Shown here in pieces: positions 20,283 through 31,910 of a stretch of 64,000 bases of DNA. The notes beneath the pieces were generated by a model. That model saw only the letters and a list, made by a program, of their open reading frames with translations. It did no database searches and was not told the DNA's origin. Each line of letters opens with the position of its first letter. Position 1 is the first letter of the stretch. The translations under genes and the position numbers were made by a program. Source of the DNA: Piedraia hortae CBS 480.64 (taxonomy: Eukaryota); NCBI GenBank assembly GCA_010093745.1, contig MU005962.1:248001-312000 (forward strand), given 5' to 3'.

Positions 20283-23200
20283 TCACTCTTCTTTAATGGT
20301 CGTCTTCGCAATTGCCGAGTCGCTCGAATCATTGCTATGACTGGAGACAATGTGGAAGCTGAAATCCATCTCTCCTACAAGCTCCTTCATGGCTTTGAGA
20401 ATGAGCCTAACATCCTCAACCATGCACCGTGAGCCGAGCTGAATGAGAGCAAAAGCCGAATATCCCGGTTCTGCAATGTGTCGCACACTCAAAATGTCCT
20501 TGTCAATCTCATCCAGATGCTTGGATAGTTCATAAGGCTCCGGGACCTGCAGGTAGGGTGGTAATGGTGTGCCCGTCGTGATTGAGCCGGAGAAGAGAGT
20601 CAACAAGGTTGTGATTTGGTGTGTGGCAATGTCTGCTTCGGACATGATGCGCTGGAAGTCGTCTCGCCATCGCGATGTATGGGTCCAGCCGTCTCTTTGA
20701 CCTGCATCTGCGAACGCTGTAGAGGCAATTGTGACGAGAACCATAAAGTTTGCGGCGCTTTGCATTAGTTCGACAACATTTTGATATTCTTGCCGGGGGA
20801 ATTTCCCTCCGATCGGGATATCGAAGCCCAAAAACGCCATTTGGCCGCGAAGGGCAGAGGCAAGCGTGTTGAACTTTCCAAAAACTTTGCGCCGGGACTT
20901 GTCTAGTTTAACCATTGCACCTCCCTTGGAGTCCCACGCTCCGGGACTACTCAAACGAATGCGCACCGTTTCAAGCATGATGGAGTAGTAGTTTGCAAGC
21001 ATGTAGAGGGCAGAGCCAAGATTCTTTCTCACCTGGGAATGTTCGGTGATGGGGTAGGGAAAAATGGTCCAGATCCAGGCAACAAAGCACCCTCCAAGAA
21101 CCGTGGCTAGCCTGATAGGGCCCAGCATGTAGAGTGGATAGTATGCTTGGCCCGTTGCGACGGCCCTTTGTTTTCCAATTTGGGAAACTTGTAGCTCGTA
21201 ACCGAGAGTTATCGCAAGTGTCACTTGCATGATCATCCCGGCCACTGTATACTCGGGGTGCTTCAAAAGGACCCAGACGCCCACGTGGAGGAAGACGAAG
21301 AAAAATACCAGCACTCCTGCAGCTTTTCCATCCACGATGTAATATGCAATGAAACTCATCACAATGGCGAGAACGGTTCCAAGGGCGCGGAGCATAAAAG
21401 CCCGAAGAGTCTGTCCGGCCGATGGGCTCATGCTGATTGAACAGATGATCTGAGCCCAAAACAGTCGTTGGGTAATGAACTGCTGCTGGGTATCACGCAG
21501 AAAGGCAATGACTGCAATGGACATTGTGGCACAGGCCACGCGGAAACCAAATGCTGAAGCCGGGGATCTCAGAAAGTGCGAGACCTTGCGGAGAATATTA
21601 CTCGTCTTCTCCCACTTGGTTCTTGCAGCCAAGTGCTCAGGGTCTTTTCGTTCCAAGTAGGCCTGTCCCATGTAAACCTGGACAGTATCGGTATCTCGGT
21701 CGACCTGTTGATCGTCGCCTTTTTCGTCTCGGCCGGTGCAGACATTGATAAGCCATTTTCTCAACCTCTTGTGCCCGGGTACGATCAGCCTTGACTTGCT
21801 CAACTTTCCAGACGACTGCAAGCTTTCCACAACTTCCATCAATTGGTAAACCTGGCGACTAATGTTGTAGAGAAGGAATTCTAGATACAAACAGAGAAAG
21901 AGCTGGCGTCGCACCCATCTACGTTCCGGAGATTGAGGATCAAGCTCCATCCAAGGAGGTGCGTGATATTCCTTTCGATATGGATTGTCGAAAAAATCAT
22001 CTCGCAGTTCGATACCGTGCATGGCACACCAAGCACGCAGCATCTCCTTTTTGCTGTCCAAAAACTTTGCTGCGGCCTTCTTATAGTGAGGTAAAAAGTC
22101 TTTGTCGCCCGGACGCGGCTCATCTCCTCTCTCTTCCGCCGTATCATCGGCAGCCCGTGCTTGTTTTTTCTTTTTCGACAAACCCAAAACGATCGAGGTG
22201 TGCTCCAAACCATCGTTGATAGTTTGGGTGATTTGGTTAAAGGGTTCCCTCAATCGCTTCATCAGGTTATTCCATTCGTGTACAGCCCTGGCCCGAACAC
22301 GATCATCCTCAGTCTTCGCCGTTTCTGGATCTACGCGTGAAAAGTCGCTGGCTATATCCCACCCTCTTTCCTCAGCAACGCGTTTCAACACCTGTCTAGT
22401 GCTGGCAAGACCATTGGTTGGAAGAAGGACCAAGCGGAGTTGTCTGTAAATCGATTGTAGGTCGTCCGGGCCCAGTTTGCCGACGGCTATTTCCCGTTTG
22501 GCAAGCCCCAGATCAGCATCAAGTTTGGCATGCAGGGCGGATAGTTTGTGGATGTTGTTTTGAAACTCTTCGGCTTCCTTGGGCGTAAACTCTTCTCCTG
22601 TCGTGTTAACGCGATGCAAGGCGAAAGCATCGCTACGCTCCATTGAGTGGATATACTCCAGGTGTGAGTTTAAGACGGTCTGCAGAGTGGAAATGCACGC
22701 CGCAAAGCTCTTGAAAAAGATTTGTCTGCTGGTTAGAGGGAAGACCAGGAGCGATACCGTAGTTGCGATTGAATGTCCGAGAAGGAAAGCCTGCAGTAAT
22801 GTCTTGATGAATCTTGCCGCCTGCCCAAACGAGGTAAAGTGTGGAGAGTAGACGGATGAGACATTGGAGAATATGGCCATCATGGTACAGGCAATTGAGA
22901 ATTGGGGGTTCTTGCAGCGGATAGCGTTGATGGTATAGATTAGCGCAAACAACCACACTCCGGATACTGCGGAGGCAGATGAGCTGTACGCGACAGATGG
23001 CGATGTGCCAGGTTTGGCAACAGCGGGTGCACCACCACCGCCTGTCGTTGATCGAGCCGTTATAACGCAGAACATGGCGAGAAGACAGAGTGCTGCGGCC
23101 AAGCAGGTTGCAAGCACATTAACAAGCATCGTCTGCATAAGCTTGGCTCGGGGTTGAATCGCCACTGACAAGATAGATACGACTCCCACAAGGTATCCAA

Positions 23201-23474
23201 TGGTAACAAAAAGGCTGGCAAAAGAGTAGGACTGGAAACACGCAATGGCGATGGTTGGGGCCAAGGCGCCCTTGAACATTTGCATATATGTTCGTCCATC
23301 GATGCCCGTCTTTGATATCCAAAACTCTTTTGCCCTCTGGATATGTGTGAGTTTTTGTGTGGATTTTGCTGATTTTGTGCGATTGGTCTCCTCATTGCTC
23401 CGTCGATTGAGATCTTCTAGTTCTTCTTCGATCCGCAGTCTTTCGCCCGGGGATGTTTGGTTATCTGGCCCCAT
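20283..23474 (-). CDS. FUSC/aromatic-acid-exporter-like (BRE4-like, ER transporter 6TM) multi-pass membrane protein
   Basis: About 1060-aa ORF with two TM bundles; MFKGALAPTIAIA, KDPEHL, SAFGFRVACATMS, LGYELQV, WIWTIFPYPI, GGKFP and LPPYL are motifs typical of this fungal family. Confidence 0.85.
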   Translation of the reverse strand: MGPDNQTSPGERLRIEEELEDLNRRSNEETNRTKSAKSTQKLTHIQRAKEFWISKTGIDGRTYMQMFKGALAPTIAIACFQSYSFASLFVTIGYLVGVVSILSVAIQPRAKLMQTMLVNVLATCLAAALCLLAMFCVITARSTTGGGGAPAVAKPGTSPSVAYSSSASAVSGVWLFALIYTINAIRCKNPQFSIACTMMAIFSNVSSVYSPHFTSFGQAARFIKTLLQAFLLGHSIATTVSLLVFPLTSRQIFFKSFAACISTLQTVLNSHLEYIHSMERSDAFALHRVNTTGEEFTPKEAEEFQNNIHKLSALHAKLDADLGLAKREIAVGKLGPDDLQSIYRQLRLVLLPTNGLASTRQVLKRVAEERGWDIASDFSRVDPETAKTEDDRVRARAVHEWNNLMKRLREPFNQITQTINDGLEHTSIVLGLSKKKKQARAADDTAEERGDEPRPGDKDFLPHYKKAAAKFLDSKKEMLRAWCAMHGIELRDDFFDNPYRKEYHAPPWMELDPQSPERRWVRRQLFLCLYLEFLLYNISRQVYQLMEVVESLQSSGKLSKSRLIVPGHKRLRKWLINVCTGRDEKGDDQQVDRDTDTVQVYMGQAYLERKDPEHLAARTKWEKTSNILRKVSHFLRSPASAFGFRVACATMSIAVIAFLRDTQQQFITQRLFWAQIICSISMSPSAGQTLRAFMLRALGTVLAIVMSFIAYYIVDGKAAGVLVFFFVFLHVGVWVLLKHPEYTVAGMIMQVTLAITLGYELQVSQIGKQRAVATGQAYYPLYMLGPIRLATVLGGCFVAWIWTIFPYPITEHSQVRKNLGSALYMLANYYSIMLETVRIRLSSPGAWDSKGGAMVKLDKSRRKVFGKFNTLASALRGQMAFLGFDIPIGGKFPRQEYQNVVELMQSAANFMVLVTIASTAFADAGQRDGWTHTSRWRDDFQRIMSEADIATHQITTLLTLFSGSITTGTPLPPYLQVPEPYELSKHLDEIDKDILSVRHIAEPGYSAFALIQLGSRCMVEDVRLILKAMKELVGEMDFSFHIVSSHSNDSSDSAIAKTTIKEE

Positions 23475-23902
23475 GTTGAGATCGAAAAATAAATTCACAG
23501 TTTTCTGCGAGGCAACATCATGTTCTGACTCAGTTTTCGACCGTTTGGGCTGTCGTTGAATGTTAAATGACCGTAGTGTCAGAGCACGGGCCTGAATGCC
23601 AATCTTGTTAACGGTTCTGCTGACTCGCTAACAATGTGGGGAGATTTGCACGAGGTGGTGAACGCAGCTTGACGATGAGTTGGCCTTCTATCCGACATTG
23701 GATATCGAGCAAAATAAACTGGACCGTAACATTGGAGCGGTGGAACCTAATCCTAACCCTAACGTCGTTCGCCACCGAGCCCCACCCGATCAACCGTACA
23801 ACGTCTGTCAAGACACAACAGTGCACATATAATCTTTCAACATTGCGATCAGTTGAGCTGCAGAAAATAAGTAAGTCCTGTACAATATTAATAGGAAATT
23901 AT

Positions 23903-25603
23903 TCAAGCAACGGCTCCTCCTGAGCTCGCCTGGCGGGGCTCGCCTGCAGCTTCGAACCCATTTGAGGTGATCTTGACGCTCTGCTGGGTCGAGAACCCAG
24001 GTGCGACCCAGGTGACATTGTGGCCCCTCGCGATCATATCTGCCACAGTTGAGTTGTCATATGCCCACTCAAACGAAACCTGGTTAGGAATGAGCTGATC
24101 GTGCAATCGTGGCTTGGCTAGGGCTTCGGCTGCCGTTAATCCGTAATCCAGGACATACCACAGCTGCTGCACCGTTGACGTGATGATGCGGCTGCCACCT
24201 GCTGCTGCTGTGACAAAGAACGGCCTTCCGTCCTTTTCCACAATGGTGGTTGAGATGCTGCTCAGCGGTCGCTTTCCCGGTCGAATGAAGTTATTTGGAG
24301 TTGGAATGTACCCAAACTGATTGGATTCTCCAGGCACTGAGAAGTCATTCATCTCATCATTCAACACAACCCCGGTTTCTGGAACCATGACGAGACTGCC
24401 AAAATACAAGTTCACTGTGGTTGTGAGTGCCACCGCCAAGCCGGAATCATCCGCTGCCACCAACGCCGAAGTACCCGCCGTTGGGAGTGACTCGAGGCCA
24501 GGTGGGTCGTAAACCGAAACGTTTTGCGTCTTCGGCTGGATCTTCGCCCGGATTGACTTTGCAATTGTGTCGGAGAGCATGTACTGTTGGAACGCGGTCA
24601 TGTTGGCCACAAATGCAGGATCACCAAGCTCAGCACGTTGCCCATAAGCAAAGCGCATAGCCTCATCCAGACGGTGCGTGCTCATGTTAATTTGACTTGC
24701 TCGGCCCATGCCGTTGAACCCCTCAATGATCTTCATCACGCTGAGTGCCACGGCGCCAGAAGACGGGGCGGTGCCACTGTGGATGCGAAATCCACGGTAA
24801 TCGATGGTGGCTGGCTCCCGGATCTCAACGGTATAGTTCTTCAAATCAGCCATAGTGATGATGCCGCCAGTCGCGTTTGCAGCTGCCACGAGGGCCCGGG
24901 CTCTGGCACCGGTGTAGAACGCATCGACGCCACGCAGAGCCACATCCTCCAGAGTGTCACTGTACCTTTTCCGCGTCATCCAGTCGCCAAGGCCGACCCG
25001 GGTTCCGTTCGGCGCAAAATCAATGGCCCAGGATGGATCGTTGACGAGGAAGTCGTAACCGAGAGACTTTGTCTTCGAGTCCATGACATTTGCAAGGTCG
25101 GCATTGACTTCGAACCCATCACGAGCCAGATGGACTGCAGGCATGACCAGCCGCTTCCAAGGCAGACAGCCATGCCGTTCGTGCAGCATGGCTAACCCAC
25201 GCAGCTCGCCGGGCACACCCACAGCCAGCCCACCCGTCACCGAGGCATCGATGTTGTTGTTGTACATGTTCTCGGTGGAAGCTGCCGGGGCAGTCTCGCG
25301 GAAGTCAATGAACTCGGTCTTGTTCTTTGAGTCGCGCACAAGGACGAATCCTCCGCCGCCAATGCCAGAATGATACATGCTCACAACACCAATGCAGAGC
25401 GTCGACGCAACAATAGCATCGGCTGCATTACCCCCATCGCGCATCACATCAGCACCAATGCGACTGCACATCTTGTTCTCCGAGGCCACTCCGCCATGAC
25501 GTGCTCGTTTGGAGCTGAGGAGTCAGTACTGGTTAACACAGAGCTTATGGACTTACGGAAGAGCAGAAACCACTGCCAAAAGGGCGAGGAGAAGTAAGCG
25601 CAT
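23903..25603 (-). CDS. Gamma-glutamyltranspeptidase (glutathione hydrolase), secreted form with signal peptide, 1 intron
   Basis: Exon 1 MRLLLLALLAVVSALP, intron about 25515-25556, then HGGVASENKMCS...GGNAADA...SGIGGGGF...IDFRETAP...GVPGELRG; Ntn nucleophile GT, TTTVNLYFGS, NDEMNDF, PGKRPLSS, GGSRI. Confidence 0.94.
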
Positions 25604-25704
25604 TGTAACAAGATGAGATTGGGCAACGGAAGCTGATCACTTCCTTATCTTTACCTCTCACCGCACGTGGGTGGCAGAAGGGGGCGAGAAAAAACAAGAC
25701 CTTA

Positions 25705-26064
25705 TCATACTGACCCGGGGCCAGCCGAATGTCGACATGGAGCCAGGCGCGCCTGATCAATCAATTGTCCAAAAGTGGTCTCGCGTCGAGATGGCGTGGG
25801 AAGGCGGGGTCGGGTTTCGCGGGGTTCGTCCCAGCCCCGCAGCGGGAGTTGGCGCAAATAGATTGAACGCCCACCCGCGCTATAGTCGATGGTGTCATCG
25901 AGTAGTTTGGGAGGTACGGGTGTCGATGTCCTTTTGGCCTGTAAGCCTTGCCTACGCCCCAAAGCCCAAATCAAGACTACAACCAGAAACCCCCCAAGCA
26001 CTAAACCAGGTATAAAGCCGGCAATAAAAGCGACTGCGCTGAAGCTGTTGGAGTGAGGAGGCAT
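25705..26064 (-). CDS. Small single-pass membrane hypothetical protein
   Basis: ATG-initiated 119-aa ORF with hydrophobic AVAFIAGFIPGLVLGGFLVVVLIWAL followed by basic GRRQ; fills a gap between known genes; no family recognised. Confidence 0.5.
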   Translation of the reverse strand: MPPHSNSFSAVAFIAGFIPGLVLGGFLVVVLIWALGRRQGLQAKRTSTPVPPKLLDDTIDYSAGGRSIYLRQLPLRGWDEPRETRPRLPTPSRRETTFGQLIDQARLAPCRHSAGPGSV

Positions 26065-26579
26065 TGTACGAGGATTCAGAGAATTCGCCGAGCTTTAAAG
26101 CCATTGCTGGCGCAAACAAGCGCGGTATTCAAGCGCGCGTAGTGTTTGACAAACTTGCGTGATTGTCCGACTCAGACAGGCGCTGAAAGTCTTAGCTTTG
26201 CAGTCACTAAAGGAAGATACACACTCCATGATTCGTGGCTGTGCATTGCTTTTGCATATGGTGGTGGCAGTCACCTCAGGCAAGCGCTCCCGCGTTTGAC
26301 AACGGTCGTCCCCAGGTGACAAGGACCGGGCCGCACGGAAAGTTCCGCTGACCCTTGCCTTGACACCTGCCTGATCAAAACCAAGCCAGACGGTGCCAAC
26401 CTTTCGTGAGCTGTATAGTAGTGTAGTTCCAGCAAAGATACCTTATAACAATCTTCCTGGTTCTCGAGTAAAATGAACCAGAGTGTGTCCAAGTGTTAGG
26501 GTCATCCTACAGGAGGGGGGATGTAACTCTGTTTTTAGACGCTGCAGACAACCTGGGCAGTTATCTTCCACCCCTAACA

Positions 26580-28068
26580 ATGTCGCGTTCACAGAGAAGT
26601 GGAACCTATACGTCAACAAGCACCAGCATTAGGCCAGGGTTGACGGCTCAGCCTCGGCGAAGAAAAAGTAGCAGTCTGGGAGAAGACCCTAGGGGGGACA
26701 CAGACGTCGGGTCTATTGCGACAAACCTCCACCAGACGCTTAGAGGAGTCGATCCACCATCGCCTTTGACAGAAAGACGCAAACACGGTCGGGAACGTAA
26801 GAGAACAAAGGCCAAGCGAATCTTTCGTCGATGGCAGCGCGTTTCCCTGACGCACACCTGGCTCAATCCATTGATTCTCATTGTACTTCTCCTTCTCGCC
26901 TATTGGGTCAAGCCCAATGCACAAAATCCGCTGCACCAGTTTATATTCCTTTCATACGCGAACCCGCCCTTGAACGAACGCACAGACACGATTCCGGCTC
27001 ATCTGGGTAATGTAACTCAGTATGGCAAAGGCAGGAGAGATTTTGCCTTTGTTGCTTTCTACACCGTTGTCTTCACATTTACGAGAGAGTTCATCATGCA
27101 GCGACTGCTCAAGCCCATAGCCATCTGGTGCGGCCTCCATAACCGACACAAGCAGGCTCGCTTTCTCGAGCAGTCGTACACTGCCATATACTTTGGCATT
27201 TTCGGCCCCTTTGGTCTCTGGGTCATGAGCCGTTCTTCAGTCTGGTTCTTCAATACCAGGGGAATGTTTGAGGGTTTCCCGCACCGCTCGCATGAAGCGT
27301 ACTTCAAGGCCTATTACCTGCTACAAGCCAGTTATTGGTCACAGCAGGCGATTGTGCTGATGCTTCAGCTGGAGAAGCCCAGGAAAGACTTCAAGGAGCT
27401 CGTGCTTCATCACATCATCACGCTGGCATTGATCTGGTTGTCATATCGCTTCCATTTCACCTACATGGGTATTGCCGTCTATATCACCCATGACATTTCC
27501 GACTTCTTCCTGGCTGTAAGTGTGCAATTTACTTGTAAACAGTCGAGTGACTGACGTAAAATTCCCCCAGACATCAAAGGTCTTGAACTACCTCGATTCC
27601 GTCTTCACCCCGCCGTACTTTGTCTTCTTCATTGGCGTGTGGGCATATACCCGTCACTACCTTAACCTCATCATTCTTGCTTCACTCCTTCCTCCAACAA
27701 CTCTCAAGCTGCCCTTCTCCGACAAAACCCTCACGACCGGGCAGTTCAAAACCGTAGGCAGCTACGAGCTCAACTGGGATACACAGCAATACAAATGCTG
27801 GATCAGCCAGTCCATCACCTTTTTTCTGCTAGCAGCGCTTCAGGCAGTTAACATCTTCTGGTTCGTCCTAATCGTGAGGGTCCTCCTGAGGATCGTCCTC
27901 AAGGGAGAGCAAAAAGACGAACGAAGCGACGACGAAGACGAGGAACATGACCCAAAGCCTCGCAACGGATTACAGGACAACCCGAAACTTGCCCTCAACG
28001 GGGAACCCATCCCTCCTCCCCCCCGAAAAGCGAATCTTGCTAATACTGCACGCGTTCACAAGACTTGA
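26580..28068 (+). CDS. LAC1: Ceramide synthase (sphingosine N-acyltransferase, TLC/Lag1 motif), 1 intron
   Basis: Lag1 motif RKDFKELVLHHIITLALIWLSYRFHFTYMGIAVYITHDISDFFLA / TSKVLNYLD; QQYKCWISQ; DERSDDEDE; intron 27516-27570. Confidence 0.93.
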
Positions 28069-28164
28069 ACACGAACCGCTTCTTACTTTTTGTCACACAG
28101 CAAATGTAACATTAATTGCGTTGTTACATACCAGATAGTGTGGAATAATCGTGTTGGAGTCTTC

Positions 28165-30731
28165 TTATCGACCCCTTTGCAAGGTAGCAATCATGCGATC
28201 AAGCTCCGCTTGCTGGTTTCCACTCGCTTGTGTCCTTAATTCTTCCAGCTTGTCTTTGTTCTTCTCCTTCAATGCCTCCTCTCCTGCCTTGTGGAACATG
28301 CCGCACTTGACCCACATTTCTATCCTCGCGGATGTGGGCGAGCATTTTGGTATGAACAGGGCAGCAGTCTTTGCACTCCCTGCGCCGAGAATGTCGTGAA
28401 CAAACGGCTGGTCTCGTTAGCGATGATGAGGGTAATGCAAAGTGGCTTCTCTTACCTCCCACCCAATGGGCGATTTGCGCAGTTTGCTCATCTCTTCCAG
28501 CTCCCTCCAGTCTCTTCGAGCCACGAGGGCGCGTAGCTTGACAAACCAGTACATTTTCTCCGGGACTCGGAACTCTTGCTGAATTTTTTGTGCTCGCTTC
28601 AGATGGCCATGCTTGATGAGCCTGCTGATGGTCTTCCTCACGTTGAGACCGACAAAGCGCTCTTGAATGTCATTTTCAAAGGCTTGTTGGAAGTGAATGA
28701 GCTTTTGTTCGTCTTCCAGCGCGACAACGTTAGTTGCGTGCTCCTTGCTATCGCGCAGCAGCTTTGCCGCCATGCGTAAGTGGTCGACGGTGGATGACAT
28801 ATCGGGTGCCGAGATGGCTTCGGAGAGGAGGAGGTTCGACCCGTCCAGACGACGATCGTCTTGGTAATACAGATCCTTGAGCAGCTCTTGGTCTTGATCG
28901 TGACATGAAGCTTCCACGATGGCCGTTGCCGTTGGCCGACTGTTGATCATGCGGAAAAAGTTTGATTGCGAAGTACGCTTTTTGACCATAAGCAGCACGT
29001 AGAACATCAAGTCCGTATCGCCGCTTTCAATGGCCTTGTCAAGTGCGAGAGACGGCTCACCCACAGACAGTAGAAGAGGGACCTGTCTCCCTGCTCTGGG
29101 TTCATGCTCAAGGAGCTCAGTAGCAAGCTTGCCTCTGCCCTCATCATAAGCCGCGCGAGCAATTTCCTCAAACGAAACACCTCTTTTACCGGCCACCTTT
29201 TGCACAATCTCTCGACAAATGGTATCGTCACCAGCTCGCGATGTTCGCACTTTCTGCCGAGCCCAGTGAACGTATATCTTGTCTACAGGCAAACACAGAA
29301 ATTCAGAAATCCGCAAGGCGAGCAAGAACTCGTGTCTGTTGATCAATCGCTGTATCAGTCCTTCAGGCGTCAATCGGAGAAACTGCTCGTATGATAGTGG
29401 CAATCCGACCTCGAAGAAGCGAACAGCGTTCAACACACGCAATGCTTCAGTTATGTCGACAAACTCATCGCTGTTGTACAGGTCCAGCACGGACTTCCCA
29501 AACGATGCGGCTTTGAGCAGTTGTTTCTGCCAATGAACGCTGTACTCGTGTCCGGCGGCTCGCACGCACACGTCCACTGCCTCGCCTAGGCTTGATCGGA
29601 TGAGTTGTACATTATCGTCTGCCTTGGGCGACTTCTTTTCTAGTAGCCCAATCGCATCGAGCAGAATCGAGGCCGGCGACGTCGAGCCTAGCTTGAATAC
29701 CTCCAAAGTAGGATCTGGAACTTTTTGTATAAAGTCGCACGAATCAGCTGTCAAAACTTTTATGCCATCAATCTCAGGTAGCAAGTGAACAAATGAATCG
29801 TAATAGTGCTTCGATACAGCTCCCATGGGGCCAATAATGTGGATCTCGTCCTCCCAAGCCAACACCACGGCATTATCGCCGCACCATTGCAGGTCCTTGG
29901 GCGGTGTCTTGACCGAAGATTCGTACTCACTTAGCCTCTCCTGGAAGTCAGGAGTGATGACCCAAACCTTGGCGTCTTCAGTGTAAAGTGCAATCAACCT
30001 GCCATTGGGTGAGACTGCGATATGCGTAAAGGGGCCTGCTTCTAGACCCTTATCTTCACACTCGGCAGCGTCCACTACATAGACAGACTTGCCGATTGCC
30101 ACAAGGACTTCGACTGAGCGCGAGGACGTATACTGTGGCGGTATCACAGCCCAGGATAAGACATCCCCATGCGGAAGCTTAGCAAGTGTTCGCGGCCTGG
30201 GCTCCTCGTAGTCCATCACTGCTAGGAGAGTGTTGTTTCCAAGAAGAGCAACGAGGCCATCGGACCAGAATCGACCAGACCTCACACCGTGTTCCTCGGC
30301 GCCGTTTCCAAGCGTAAAAGAAGTGAAATCGCCTTGTAATTCCAGATAGTTCTTGACAGTTCCTTCTGAAAGCACTATTACCAATCTCTCATTGTCAGAC
30401 CATCCTACTGCCTTGATCGATTCACGATCTCCCGGGATTTGACGCAACAATTTCCCTGAGCAACTATAGAGGTCAAGCGAGCCCTTTGCAGACGGTGTGC
30501 CACGGTAAGCGTAAATCTTGCCCTCATTTCGGTACAAGGCTACATCATGGTCAGATTTAATTCGCTATACATGGCGCCGCTCGGGCTCATACCTACAGCA
30601 CCGCTGCAAGGAGCTCCGCTAACGAGGTAATTCTCGAGCTCCAAGTCAGAGTCAAAGACGGAGTTGTAAAGCTGTATTTTTCTATAGAACTTATTACCGA
30701 TGAGCTCCCAATCGGCTGTTGGCTTCGCCAT
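28165..30731 (-). CDS. VPS16: HOPS/CORVET subunit Vps16, 2 introns
   Basis: MAKPTADWE...FYRKIQLY, QKQLLKAASFGK, LRVLNAVR, EPRAGRQVPLLL, KAIESGDTDL, RKSPIGWE / PFV...RIEMWVKCG; stop TAA at 28165-28167. Confidence 0.95.
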
Positions 30732-30855
30732 GTCTGTCCTCTACATGTTGGTGACGTTGTCATTTGTTGACATGAAGGTCCGTGCGCAATGTGACTGACA
30801 AACCCTAGCGGGAGTGAGTTGAATCAAACGCGGTTGAGGATGGATAGAACCCACC

Positions 30856-31788
30856 ATGAGCTCCATATTGGACAAGATACGACAGCTGGGTGACTTGGAC
30901 TTGGCTATCCTGGCCTCGTTAATATCTAATCAGCATTGCCTCTGCTCCACTGCTGTGAAAGAAATCCCATATCTGCGGAGCGACCTTCTTAAATCCTGCA
31001 CTGAGACGTTTGGCCTCGAAACTGTTGCTTTTGAATGTAGTGGAAAGACTACCGTGGATGAATTCAATGAATTCGTCTTGATTGGTTCATCAAACGACCC
31101 GTCACTGGATCCATCCCACGCCAACCACACGAATGGATATTCGAAAGGGAAGAAGATTGCTGACGTGATCATTGCTACTGGTCTGGACCTGGCTCCCCTA
31201 AATGTGCAGGTACAATCTATCGAACTATTGCGAACGAGAACTCTGGTCACAACGACTTCTTCGCATGTTGCACCAGAGGAGTTCTTGTTCATCGCCGTGC
31301 TGTCCACCCCTACTGCGAGGCTTAATCCTCATCTCAACGACCTGTTTGCCATCTCATACTTCCACGAAGCTGGGGATCTTGGCAAAGCAACCGCAATCAA
31401 GTTCACACCAGATGAGATTGATAGCTTACGAGATAACGTGCAGGAAGTGAGAATAACGGCCGAGGTCAGGCAATATCTTCATAACATTGCTGTCTTTATG
31501 CGCTTGAGCAGGTACGTCAAAGGTGGAGTAACGGCTGCGTCTACCAACCATCTTCGTTCCTTGGCGTCTGCTCTGGCCCCACTGCACGGCCTTGATTATA
31601 TCTCGCCGTCTTTAGTAGAACTAGCGGCGAAAAAGGTATATCCGCATCGTTTGATCCTTGCAACGGTAGAGTCTGAGCGCAGTATGCAGTGGGGCAGCAA
31701 CCCAAGGGCTGTCAGAGACTTGCTGGATGGCATAGACGTTGACGACGTTATCGAGTTGGTGCTGGAATCTGTAGAACCGCCCATATGA
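30856..31788 (+). CDS. MTC2: Mtc2-like protein (degenerate AAA+/Mg-chelatase lid domain)
   Basis: LGDLDLAILASLI, DVIIATGLDLAPLNVQVQSIELLRTR, VRQYLHNIAVFMRL...GGVT, LAPLHGLDYISPSLV...KVYPHRL...ERSMQWGS. Confidence 0.75.
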   Translation: MSSILDKIRQLGDLDLAILASLISNQHCLCSTAVKEIPYLRSDLLKSCTETFGLETVAFECSGKTTVDEFNEFVLIGSSNDPSLDPSHANHTNGYSKGKKIADVIIATGLDLAPLNVQVQSIELLRTRTLVTTTSSHVAPEEFLFIAVLSTPTARLNPHLNDLFAISYFHEAGDLGKATAIKFTPDEIDSLRDNVQEVRITAEVRQYLHNIAVFMRLSRYVKGGVTAASTNHLRSLASALAPLHGLDYISPSLVELAAKKVYPHRLILATVESERSMQWGSNPRAVRDLLDGIDVDDVIELVLESVEPPI

Positions 31789-31910
31789 TGTCTACATAGA
31801 GACCATCCGGGTAGGAATGCATGTAGAGCATACAATATATGCATTCCTAGCTTGCTAGTGTATGCTTGGCGCATAAGGGGTTTATTCTGGAACATTGCAC
31901 TCTAGACACC

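Noticed and set aside
2141..28068. LCB2 and LAC1 as a sphingolipid gene cluster
   Set aside because: More than 22 kb and about 12 unrelated loci apart; no shared motif seen.
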